This document shows, piece after piece, positions 50,212 to 58,676 of a stretch of DNA of 64,000 nt. The notes beneath the pieces were generated by a model. The model was not told where the DNA came from, did no database searches, and saw only the letters and a program-made list of their open reading frames with translations. The stretch lies in the NCBI GenBank assembly GCA_947476925.1, contig CANJSF010000001.1, positions 145,470 through 209,469 on the forward strand, written 5' to 3'. The DNA comes from Rhodospirillaceae bacterium (GTDB taxonomy: Bacteria > Pseudomonadota > Alphaproteobacteria > Rhodospirillales > Rhodospirillaceae). Position 1 is the stretch's first letter, and every line of letters starts with the position of its first letter. The translations under genes were made by a program, and so were the position numbers.

Positions 50212-51237
50212 ATGACAATGAGCAAGCCATCGAAATCTTTCTTATCCACGTTGATGCTGGGAACAGCCCTCGCCTGTTTCAGCGGTGGGGCGTTCGCGCA
50301 ATCATCGTCCGCGGTCACAGTTGACCTCAGCGCCATTGATCCGCCACCGGCCGCGACGTCAGGTCGCATCGTTTTGCGCCCGCCTATGGGCACAGCTCCG
50401 GTGACCAATCTGCTGTCTCTGCGCGCTCCCGAGCCAGTAAAAGCTGTCGAACCCGTAAAGAAAGCCGCACCAAAACCAAAGCCGGTTGTTGCGCAAGCCG
50501 AGCCGGCGCCGATGCCCGCAGTTGAGCCCGCGCCAGCTAAGAAGCCCGAACCTGCGGCTGTGGCTGCAACGCCTACCCCGGCACCGGCCGCAAAAGAGCC
50601 CAAGCCTGCTGCCCCCCTGACCCCGCCAGCGCCCGTTGCACCTGTTGCCGCAACGGCGGCAAAGCCAGCGCCAGCGCCTGCTCCGGCTCCGGCTCCTGCC
50701 CCAGCTCCTGTAGCATCTCCCGTGGCTGCAAAACCTGCGCCAGTGCCGCCATCGGCTGCGCCAACAAGCAACGCAACGGTAGCAGTGCCGTCGGCTGCGG
50801 CTGCGCGCAGCGCCAAGCAAGAACCCGTCGGCCCAGTGGCCTCGCCTTTGCCCGACAATCAGCAAACAGCGGCTCTGCCGGCCCAAACAAAAGCGCAAGT
50901 GATTACAACGCCGGCTGAAGATATTGCAGCCTCGCTCACTATTCCTTTTGCGCCGGGTATCATCGAGATCGATGTGAGCCGCCAAGGCACAGTGAAAGAC
51001 TTGGCCCAGCGCATGAGCGCCGATAAGTCGTTGCGCGTGCAGTTGATGGCCTACGCCACGGACCCCGAGAAAAACACCAGCAAGGCGCGCCGGTTAGCAC
51101 TTGATCGCGCCATCGCCATTCGCAACATGCTGATTGAATCCGGTGTTGAACGCACACGCATCGAAGTGCGCGCACTGGGCGACCAGGGCGAAGGCGGTAA
51201 TCTCGACCGAGTTGATGCGGTTGCCATCAAACGTTAG
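50212..51237 (+). CDS. Secreted Pro/Ala-rich protein with a C-terminal OmpA-like domain
   Basis: Signal peptide MTMSKPSKSFLSTLMLGTALACFSGGAFAQ, about 170 aa of P/A/K-rich low complexity including an APAPAPAPAPAPAP run, and a C-terminal SKARRLALDRAIAIRNMLIESGVERTRIEVRALG (OmpA_C-like). Start set at ATG 50212. Confidence 0.7.
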   Translation: MTMSKPSKSFLSTLMLGTALACFSGGAFAQSSSAVTVDLSAIDPPPAATSGRIVLRPPMGTAPVTNLLSLRAPEPVKAVEPVKKAAPKPKPVVAQAEPAPMPAVEPAPAKKPEPAAVAATPTPAPAAKEPKPAAPLTPPAPVAPVAATAAKPAPAPAPAPAPAPAPVASPVAAKPAPVPPSAAPTSNATVAVPSAAAARSAKQEPVGPVASPLPDNQQTAALPAQTKAQVITTPAEDIAASLTIPFAPGIIEIDVSRQGTVKDLAQRMSADKSLRVQLMAYATDPEKNTSKARRLALDRAIAIRNMLIESGVERTRIEVRALGDQGEGGNLDRVDAVAIKR

Positions 51238-51284
51238 GACTAAACTCAGCGGTCGTTCTTTAACAACGCGAGATCAAACACGCG

Positions 51285-52481
51285 ATGACGAGTAGCAAGA
51301 CCTACCTCACGCGCATGGTGCTGTTTCTGATTGTCGTCGGTCTTGGCGCCGCACTGATGGCCGAGAGATTGCTCGGGATTTTCTTGGTCAACCCGCTGCT
51401 CAACGGCGCCATTTTTGGCGTCATCCTTGTCGGCATCATCTTGAACTTTCGCCAAGTGATTTTGCTGGGCCCCGAGATGCGCTGGCTGGACAATTTCCGC
51501 AGCTCGCTGGCCACCGATAGCACCATGCTTTCTGAGCAGCGCACTGACACCTCGGAAGATAAAATTCAGTTGCTCTCGCCCATGGCTCGCATGTTGGCCG
51601 ACAGGCGCGGTAAAGGGCGCATAAGCCTCAGTGCCCCTGCCCTGCGAACGTTGCTCGATGGCATTTCATCGCGCTTGGGCGAAAGCCGCGATTTGGGGCG
51701 TTACTTCACAAGCCTTTGTATTTTTCTCGGATTGCTTGGCACTTTCTGGGGTTTGCTGGGTACGATCAACGCTGTCAGCGACGTGATCAAAAGCCTGACC
51801 GTGTCCGGCACCGATGTCACCGCCATGTTTGACGAGTTGAAAACCGGCCTTGAAGCGCCGTTGTCGGGCATGGGCACCGCGTTTTCGTCGTCGCTCTTCG
51901 GGTTAGCGGGCTCTTTGGTTTTGGGCTTTCTCGATTTGCAATCGGGCCAGGCCCAGAACGCATTTTTCAACGACCTGGAAGAATGGCTGTCGGGACTCAC
52001 CCGATTATCGTCGGGCACCGCGGTTAGCGAAGGCGAGCAAAGCGTGTCGGCTTATACCGAGGCGTTATTGGAACAGACCGCCGAAAGCCTAGATCAATTG
52101 CAACGCATTTTGGCGCGCACCGAACAAAGTCGTGTGGCATCGAACGAACACTTTATCGCGATGAACGAAAAGCTCACGACCCTCACGGAACAAATGCGTA
52201 TTGAAACGCAAGTTCTGCTGCGATTGGCCGAAAACCAAAAAGAACTTACGCCGATTCTGAAGCGAATGAACGAAACGCCGCTTGTCCAAAGCCAAAGCGC
52301 AGGCATGGACGAAGCCACGCGCAACCATATCCGCAATATCGATGGCGCGCTTGTGCGGTTGGCTAACAATCTCGAATCTGGCCGCGAAGACATGGTGCGC
52401 GAGATGCGCTCAGAGATCAAATTGCTGGCCAAGACCCTTGCGGCCAACGAGCGCCGCGACGACGCGACGAGCGACGATTAA
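51285..52481 (+). CDS. MotA/TolQ/ExbB-family proton-channel protein with a long C-terminal coiled-coil tail
   Basis: Two N-terminal TM helices and a second TM pair carrying CIFLGLLGTFWGLLGT and GMGTAFSSSLFGLAGSLVLGF (compare TolQ in this window). These are followed by about 150 aa of heptad-rich sequence. Confidence 0.8.
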   Translation: MTSSKTYLTRMVLFLIVVGLGAALMAERLLGIFLVNPLLNGAIFGVILVGIILNFRQVILLGPEMRWLDNFRSSLATDSTMLSEQRTDTSEDKIQLLSPMARMLADRRGKGRISLSAPALRTLLDGISSRLGESRDLGRYFTSLCIFLGLLGTFWGLLGTINAVSDVIKSLTVSGTDVTAMFDELKTGLEAPLSGMGTAFSSSLFGLAGSLVLGFLDLQSGQAQNAFFNDLEEWLSGLTRLSSGTAVSEGEQSVSAYTEALLEQTAESLDQLQRILARTEQSRVASNEHFIAMNEKLTTLTEQMRIETQVLLRLAENQKELTPILKRMNETPLVQSQSAGMDEATRNHIRNIDGALVRLANNLESGREDMVREMRSEIKLLAKTLAANERRDDATSDD

Positions 52482-52494
52482 GGGAACAGCATCG

Positions 52495-53697
52495 GTGCGC
52501 GCCACTCATCGTCGGCCCCATGAGGTCATCAACATTTGGCCCGGATGGGTTGATGCCCTATCGACGTTGCTCATCATTTTTATCTTCGTGTTGCTGGTTT
52601 TTGTGTTGGGTCAGTTCTTTCTGGGCCAAGCATTGTCGGGCCGCGAGCAAGCCCTGAGCATCTTGAACAAGCGGGTCGCCGAAATGGGCGAGATGCTGTC
52701 GATGGAACGCCAAAACCGCAGCGAACTTGAAGGCAGCGTTGCGCGTTTGTCCGATCAATTACGCGTGGCCAATCAAGATCTCGGCATGTTGACCCAACTG
52801 CGCATCGACTATCGCGATTTGGAAGGTCGGTTCGCTGAAACCTCCACGCAGGCCGGCCAACTTAAATCGTCGCTGGATGCGGCCGTCAAACAAGCGGCGA
52901 GCGATAGCAGCACATTGGCCAAGCAAGCCGAACAACTGGCCTTGATGCAAAATCAAGTCAAAGCGCTTGAAGCTCTGAAGTCGGAGTTAGAAAAACAAGT
53001 TGCCGGCTTGGGTGCGAAAACAGCGACTAGCGACAGCGCGATTGCCGCCGAACGCCGCCTGACAGCCGATGCGCAGGCCCAAGCCGCGCTGATGAGCCAA
53101 CAGTTACAAGAGGTGCAACAAGAGCTGGCGCGCTTAGCCGCAACCTTGGACGCCTCCGACAAACTCTCGGCGGCTCAAAAGGCGCAAATTTCGGATCTGG
53201 GCAAACGCATGAACCGCGCGCTGGCGGGAAAAGTGCAAGAACTGCAGCGCTATCGCTCGGAGTTTTTTGGCAAATTGCGCGATATCTTGGGCACGAGACC
53301 CGGCGTCTCGGTTGTCGGCGACAGATTTGTCTTTCAGTCCGAGGTGTTATTTGCTTCCGGATCGTCGGAACTGGGCGTCGAAGGTCAGCGACAGTTAGTG
53401 CAATTGGCCCAGACGCTGATTGAGATCAGCAAGCAAATCCCCGCCGAGGTGAATTGGATTTTACGCGTCGATGGCCACACCGACACTGTTCCCATTTCAA
53501 CGGCCGTTTTCCCCTCGAATTGGGAACTCTCGGCGGCCCGCGCGCTATCGGTGGTGAAGTTCTTGGCCGCCCAGGGCATCCCGGCCGAGCGACTAGCCGC
53601 GGCCGGCTTTGGGGAATTCCAGCCCCTCGACAAGACCAACACCCCCCAGGCACGAGCCAAAAACCGCAGAATTGAGCTAAAATTGGACCAACGCTAA
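52495..53697 (+). CDS. MotB/OmpA-like peptidoglycan-binding protein with a coiled-coil linker of about 230 aa
   Basis: GTG 52495 follows AGGGA, 14 nt after the upstream stop. Single TM helix with Asp (WPGWVDALSTLLIIFIFVLLVF), a long coiled coil, and a C-terminal OmpA/MotB domain (NWELSAARALSVVKFL...NRRIELKL). The ORF-track extension to 52282 overlaps the upstream gene. Confidence 0.8.
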   Translation: MRATHRRPHEVINIWPGWVDALSTLLIIFIFVLLVFVLGQFFLGQALSGREQALSILNKRVAEMGEMLSMERQNRSELEGSVARLSDQLRVANQDLGMLTQLRIDYRDLEGRFAETSTQAGQLKSSLDAAVKQAASDSSTLAKQAEQLALMQNQVKALEALKSELEKQVAGLGAKTATSDSAIAAERRLTADAQAQAALMSQQLQEVQQELARLAATLDASDKLSAAQKAQISDLGKRMNRALAGKVQELQRYRSEFFGKLRDILGTRPGVSVVGDRFVFQSEVLFASGSSELGVEGQRQLVQLAQTLIEISKQIPAEVNWILRVDGHTDTVPISTAVFPSNWELSAARALSVVKFLAAQGIPAERLAAAGFGEFQPLDKTNTPQARAKNRRIELKLDQR

Positions 53698-53813
53698 ACC
53701 CTCAACCGAGCCTTGAACCGGCTGGGCTGAGCCTGTATAAGGCGCGCTCTTTTGCCGGATTGAGCCGTGCAAATCAGCCAATATAAGGTGCCCTTGCGGC
53801 ACGGGATTAGACG

Positions 53814-54038
53814 ATGAAAAAAGACATTCACCCCGATTATCACGATATCAAAGTCGTCATGACCGATGGCACCGAATACATGACCCGCTCGACATACGGC
53901 AAAGCCGGCGATGTGCTGCGATTGGAAATTGACCCCAAAACTCACCCAGCGTGGACCGGTGTTCATCGCCTGAACGACGCTGGCGGTCAGTTGGCCAAGT
54001 TCAATAAGCGCTTCAAGGGCTTTGGCGAGAAAAAGTAG
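53814..54038 (+). CDS. rpmE: 50S ribosomal protein L31
   Basis: [19 protein letters not shown]...[10 protein letters not shown]...KFNKRF, the Cys-less form. Confidence 0.95.
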   Translation: MKKDIHPDYHDIKVVMTDGTEYMTRSTYGKAGDVLRLEIDPKTHPAWTGVHRLNDAGGQLAKFNKRFKGFGEKK

Positions 54039-54065
54039 TTAATCAATACAACTACTACATATAGT

Positions 54066-54095
54066 GGCCGCATCGGTATCGATGCGGCCTTTTTT
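54066..54095 (+). terminator. Rho-independent terminator of rpmE
   Basis: ggccgcatcg-gtat-cgatgcggcc gives a 10-bp perfect stem followed by tttttt. Confidence 0.85.
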
Positions 54096-54257
54096 GTGTT
54101 ATTTTGCAACCGCGAATAGGCCAAAACGTTAATAGTCATCAAAACGCCATTTGAATCCGAACAAATGGGGTGACCGAACAAAGGGTCAACGACGGCCGCG
54201 TTGTTTGAGGATGACTGAAACGTTGTTAACGGAGAGCCCTGCGGGGTCCAGACCGCC

Positions 54258-56162
54258 ATGTGCGCGTTGCTTGCGATAGTTCAATTTGAAGTTCATTTTT
54301 TCCAAGACGGCCGCTGGATGCTGCAATCCCGGTTTCCGGGAGATGAACGCCAGGCAGCTATTCGCGATGCCGTCAGCGTCGAAGCCAGCACGCGCCGCCC
54401 AACCAAGGTCGTCAAAGAAACTTACATTCCGCACGAAAACCGCAGTGAAACTGTGACGATCTATACCGGGCCGTTGCTGAAAGCCGCGATGGATAAATCC
54501 AAAGCGCTTCAAGGCATTCCCCCTCCTGCTCGCGTGATGTCCCGTCCGGGAAAAAGCGTGCCGCAAACAACACATGCTAAAACAGCAGCGCCAAGACTGG
54601 GACCCAACATCGGCGACCTATTCTGGCGCAGCATCATCTCGATGGGCCTGAGCCTCACGGCCGCGACAATCGTCACAGCAATGGTGTCGTGGTTGATGAC
54701 CCACCTGCCCGATTTTGGGATCGCCATTGATGCTGGTAAATCCTCGGCGATCCTGACGCTCACGTACGCCGTGGTTTTTTTGCTGGGCGTCATGTCGATG
54801 TTCCGTTTTGGGACGCCAATTAAGCGGCTCATATCGAATCTATGGCAAAGCGCCTACACCGAAACAACGCAGGCAAAACAAACTCTGCGGGCCAAGCTTC
54901 CGGGCTTGCGTCTAAAGTCAAAACGCTCGACGCAGGCCGCTTTCGAACAACAGCAAACTTTGGCCGAAATGAAGTTGCGCCGGGGTGACCCAGCCCCAAC
55001 GGTAGACGATGACCATGCGAACCTTGATGTGGTCGTGATTGATGAAATGCCAAGTGCTGTCCAACAACTCAGCAAAGCAGCACCCGAGCCCGCTCAACAG
55101 CAAGCAGCATCACCTCAAGAGGCACAGTTTACGCCCCTTCCAGCTAAGCTCGAAGTCGAGTTGCCCAAACCACTTGATGACAGTGCTGAAGCATCGTTCG
55201 AAGCCGGCCAGGTGAGCCCAGCCGCTCCACTGCCGCCTACGGCGAAAGGTGTAGTGCCGCCTTCAGCGACATTTAGCCCAGCTATAAATGAACTTCAGCG
55301 CAGCATGGCTCTGCGCTTCGTCACCGAAGTCATTTTACCGCAGATTGGCCGCGCGCAAGATGACCCAGTGGCGCGTCGTGGCGCCGCGCTTTTCCTGACT
55401 GGTGCAATGACTCAGCTCGCCGGCAGTTCGAACCTCAACCCGCCATTGACGATGAATCTGATTTCAACGTCGGTCATGGCCGCCCTACCGCGACATGCCT
55501 TTGATGCATTTATGAACCAATACGACACGCATGTATCTAATCCCAGCAATGGCGCAATTATTGATGATGGCCGGCAAGCGATGTCGCGGTTTCTTGGCGG
55601 TCAAAAAAATGAAGGCGCTTTGGCGCTTAGCCTCAAGGCATGGCGCGTTCCCATGCCTGCGGTCCTTGCGCCATCGCAGGCAAATCGCGCGAATAATTCC
55701 GCTACCCCAACGGACTATTATTTGCTTACCGAATTTAGAAACAGCGACGCGTTCATGATGGATTTCCACAACCATATTGTTCGCCAAGCCGTCGAGACAA
55801 GCGATGGGCGTGAAATCAAACATACCGGTCGGGGCATCCTTGCGCGTTTCGAGTACGCCGATTTAGCGATACAAGCCGCGATGTCGATTGCCGCGAAAAT
55901 CAAATCCTCACCCGGCGTACCTCAAGGCGTGTTTGTCGCTGTGGCGTTAAACGCAGGGTTCGGTGCCGTCGACGACCCGCTTCTCTCGTCAACCATCACG
56001 AAAAGCGCGCAAACCGTTCTTGATACCGTCGCCTCAGGTTCAGTTGTGTGCGACGCGCACGTGCTTGCAAACGCCCACGCGACTTCACATTTGGTCAGCC
56101 GCCCGTTGACTGGCAATTGGCTCTTATTGAACGAGAAGTCGCTCGTCACTGCCGTTGGTTAA
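54258..56162 (+). CDS. Membrane-anchored class III nucleotidyl-cyclase-like protein with a degenerate active site
   Basis: 634 aa with the same architecture as the downstream paralogue. C-terminal GREIKHTGRGILARF and AVALNAGFG align to GREVKHTGDGIMAVF and RIGINAGEA, but the second metal Asp is Arg and FTD is TEF. Two TM helices lie near residues 130-190. Confidence 0.7.
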   Translation: MCALLAIVQFEVHFFQDGRWMLQSRFPGDERQAAIRDAVSVEASTRRPTKVVKETYIPHENRSETVTIYTGPLLKAAMDKSKALQGIPPPARVMSRPGKSVPQTTHAKTAAPRLGPNIGDLFWRSIISMGLSLTAATIVTAMVSWLMTHLPDFGIAIDAGKSSAILTLTYAVVFLLGVMSMFRFGTPIKRLISNLWQSAYTETTQAKQTLRAKLPGLRLKSKRSTQAAFEQQQTLAEMKLRRGDPAPTVDDDHANLDVVVIDEMPSAVQQLSKAAPEPAQQQAASPQEAQFTPLPAKLEVELPKPLDDSAEASFEAGQVSPAAPLPPTAKGVVPPSATFSPAINELQRSMALRFVTEVILPQIGRAQDDPVARRGAALFLTGAMTQLAGSSNLNPPLTMNLISTSVMAALPRHAFDAFMNQYDTHVSNPSNGAIIDDGRQAMSRFLGGQKNEGALALSLKAWRVPMPAVLAPSQANRANNSATPTDYYLLTEFRNSDAFMMDFHNHIVRQAVETSDGREIKHTGRGILARFEYADLAIQAAMSIAAKIKSSPGVPQGVFVAVALNAGFGAVDDPLLSSTITKSAQTVLDTVASGSVVCDAHVLANAHATSHLVSRPLTGNWLLLNEKSLVTAVG

Positions 56163-56529
56163 GTGGCATGATCTGAGGCGCATTTAAAACGTGAAACTTC
56201 GTCCGCAGCAGTTCATTAAGAGCATGATTTCCAGAGCTTTTTTGGGTGTCTGCTCGCCTCAAGATCGAAGAAAGCCGCCAAGCAAGTTAATTCGCCCAAT
56301 GGTTGAATAATGGTCTGGCGTATGGCAGTTTCCGAGGCGAATGGGAGTTCTCTATCTGATGGAGGTCGTTACTTAAGCGATCCTTAGAGATTTTATAACA
56401 CCTTCAATAGAAGTGTCTGAGGCAAAAAAGGCCCGGAATATGTAGGGTTGGCTTAGCGTCTGTAGGTCGTGATACGTCACGCCGCAAAGCTTTCAACTCA
56501 AAATTTAAAATAGGCGTCTTGATCGGGCC

Positions 56530-58425
56530 ATGGCTCGCGACAGCTACGAAGTTTACTACTACCAAAACAGTCGCTGGTCGGTTCACGCCAGCTACGAAGC
56601 AGACGCGCGAGAGGAATCCGTCGCCGAGGCGATGAACGTCGAAGCGAAGTTCGGCTATCCGTGTCGAGTCATCAAAGAGACATTTTTTCCCGAGACAAAC
56701 ACGTCTGAAGAAGTGGTCGTTTGGCAAAGTGCAAAAGCCAAAAAGATGGCCGATTCAGACAATATGTTTGGCAACAAGCAACAGGCTGCGCCTGCCAAAC
56801 CCGCTGCCAAAAAAAGCCCCCCTCCGCCGCCGCCGCCAAAGCGCGACGAGAAAAAGCCAAAACGCCCGCCGCCGAGTCCGATCAAAAAATCAACGGGCAA
56901 GGCCAAGAAGAAGAAAACGAAAAAAGGCTTTTTCGGAAAATTGCTGACATCGATCAGCATCAGCGCCGCCGTTGCTATCGGTTCGGCCGCGTTTACCGTG
57001 TTGTTGATTTTGTATCTGCAAGATCAATCGTACATCGCCCCCGAGAATCGTACGCCGATCATTTTCGGTACATTTGTGACGGTGTTTTTCGTCACGTTGC
57101 TCTACTCATTGAACCGAGAGTTCAGCCTGCTTGGCACAGCTTTGAAATCTGAAGCCGCGCCGGCGCGCGCCAGTTCCGCAATGCAAAGTCCCATGATGCG
57201 CGCCGCAGCAGCCCCGCCGACGCAAGATGCTGAGTTCGACCAAGTTGAGATCGAACGGGGACAAGAAATAGACGAAGAATTTGAAACCGAAACCGCCGAG
57301 GACGAAGACGCAGAGTTGCCGGCCGAACTTGATGCGGACATGACAGAGACGACGGAACCTGAGGCCTCGCAGCCAGCGTCGGAGCCAGAACCTGAACCAC
57401 AGCCTGAGCCAGTACGAGCGGAACCTCAACCAGCGCCTCAAGCTGTTTCGAAGCCTGAGCCAAAAGCGGAGAAAAAGCCGCCTGAGCAAAGCCCGAACGA
57501 CGATGAAGCTCGGCAACTGTTTGCGGGCTTTGTCAATCAAGCGAACGCAACCGTGGCCAAAGAATTGGGTGAACTCAATGCTTTCTCACGTTTTGGGATG
57601 AGCCTGTTGCTGGCCGGCGCGGTGTCATCTCTCGGTCAATCCAAACGCCTCGGGCGCGAGCCTCAGCTCGCCGTGCTGAAACAAGGACTCAGCGGTATCG
57701 GCAATACGCCTGACCGGACGCAAACCTTCTGCGCCGAGCTACCCGGTTACGGCAAGAACCCGCGCTATACAGGTATGATTCAAAGCGGATCTAAATCCAT
57801 GACCGCCTATTTGAAAGGCGATTCCAACGCCACCAATGGGATGGGAGCAATGTTGGCCGACTGGTCGAAGCCCGAAAAACGCCCGTCAGTGCCATCCGTC
57901 TTCACATTCCTCTTTACCGATATTGCAGGCTCGACCGCAATGACGCAGCAATTGGGCAATGCTGGCGCGCAAAAAGTAGTTCGTGCGCACAACACAGCGG
58001 TGCGCGGCGCGATTGCCAAAGTCAAAGGTCGCGAAGTCAAACATACAGGCGACGGCATCATGGCCGTGTTTAGTGATGCGGCCTCAGCAGTGAACGCATC
58101 AATCCAGATGCAGCGCGATATTGCCGCTCATAACAAAGCCAACCCATCACTTCCGTTAGTTGTGCGCATTGGGATCAACGCTGGTGAAGCTGTTGAAGAA
58201 GAAAACGATTTCTTTGGCGCTGCAGTGCAAATGACTGCGCGAACATGCTCAAAAGCCACCGATGGAAACATTTGGGTCACTCAGTCCGTCGTTGATGGCT
58301 GCAAAGGACAACGCTTGGGCTTTATCCCGCGCGGAAAGTTTGAAATGAAGGGCATCCAAGGTGCCCGCCCGCTTTATGAGGTCGGCTGGACCGAGAAGCA
58401 CAAGAACGAACTGGCAGATCTTTAG
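56530..58425 (+). CDS. Membrane-anchored class III adenylate/guanylate cyclase
   Basis: The C-terminal FTFLFTDIAGSTAM ... KHTGDGIMAVF ... VRIGINAGEAV...DFFGAAVQMTAR ... MKGIQGARPLYEV is a class III cyclase domain. There are two TM helices, an acidic EPEPEPQPEP linker and an N-terminal domain of about 70 aa shared with the upstream paralogue. Confidence 0.85.
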   Translation: MARDSYEVYYYQNSRWSVHASYEADAREESVAEAMNVEAKFGYPCRVIKETFFPETNTSEEVVVWQSAKAKKMADSDNMFGNKQQAAPAKPAAKKSPPPPPPPKRDEKKPKRPPPSPIKKSTGKAKKKKTKKGFFGKLLTSISISAAVAIGSAAFTVLLILYLQDQSYIAPENRTPIIFGTFVTVFFVTLLYSLNREFSLLGTALKSEAAPARASSAMQSPMMRAAAAPPTQDAEFDQVEIERGQEIDEEFETETAEDEDAELPAELDADMTETTEPEASQPASEPEPEPQPEPVRAEPQPAPQAVSKPEPKAEKKPPEQSPNDDEARQLFAGFVNQANATVAKELGELNAFSRFGMSLLLAGAVSSLGQSKRLGREPQLAVLKQGLSGIGNTPDRTQTFCAELPGYGKNPRYTGMIQSGSKSMTAYLKGDSNATNGMGAMLADWSKPEKRPSVPSVFTFLFTDIAGSTAMTQQLGNAGAQKVVRAHNTAVRGAIAKVKGREVKHTGDGIMAVFSDAASAVNASIQMQRDIAAHNKANPSLPLVVRIGINAGEAVEEENDFFGAAVQMTARTCSKATDGNIWVTQSVVDGCKGQRLGFIPRGKFEMKGIQGARPLYEVGWTEKHKNELADL

Positions 58426-58604
58426 CTTTTAAAAAAGCCTTCAGCGCCCTGTTTGGCTTTGCTCTTCTTTACGATTTCAGTTTCAGCGCGATTAATTTCG
58501 GCTTTAAGCTCGCCGATATATTCCAGCAAATCACCCACCGACATACGACCGAGGTCCTTTTTCTGTGGCTTCTTTTTAATGGGGTCAAGATCGTCCGTAT
58601 CCAT
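58422..58604 (-). CDS. DUF1192-like small coiled-coil protein
   Basis: 60 aa, DLGRMSVGDLLEYIGELKAEINRAETEI, the pattern typical of the alphaproteobacterial DUF1192 family. Confidence 0.75.
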   Translation of the reverse strand: MDTDDLDPIKKKPQKKDLGRMSVGDLLEYIGELKAEINRAETEIVKKSKAKQGAEGFFKS

Positions 58605-58676
58605 TTGATCCTCGCCGTCTTGTGCATCTGCGTTGCCCGTTTATAAATGCCGCTTCTCAAAAAAGGAACGCTGCGA

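Noticed and set aside
49821-50858. 345-aa minus-strand Gly/Ala-rich ORF
   Set aside because: It is the antisense image of suhB's 3' end and of the Pro/Ala-rich OmpA-like gene (GCN/CCN codons read backwards). It has no SD or start context, whereas the plus-strand gene has a signal peptide and a folded C-terminal domain.
52282-52494. N-terminal extension of the MotB-like ORF (ORF-track start 52282)
   Set aside because: It would overlap the last 200 nt of the MotA-like gene in another frame and translates to Arg/Ala/Cys-rich sequence. GTG 52495 has an AGGGA SD and begins right before the TM helix.
50212-53697. Calling the stator-like cluster a Zorya anti-phage system
   Set aside because: No ZorC/ZorD-like (or ZorE/F/G-like) effector genes are adjacent. 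The A subunit (398 aa) is much shorter than typical ZorA, and the locus sits among housekeeping genes. Only a loose architectural analogy is justified.
54090-54110. Reading the TTGCA core of the recurring motif as the -12 element of sigma-54 promoters
   Set aside because: No GG dinucleotide lies at the required -24 spacing in any of the three copies.
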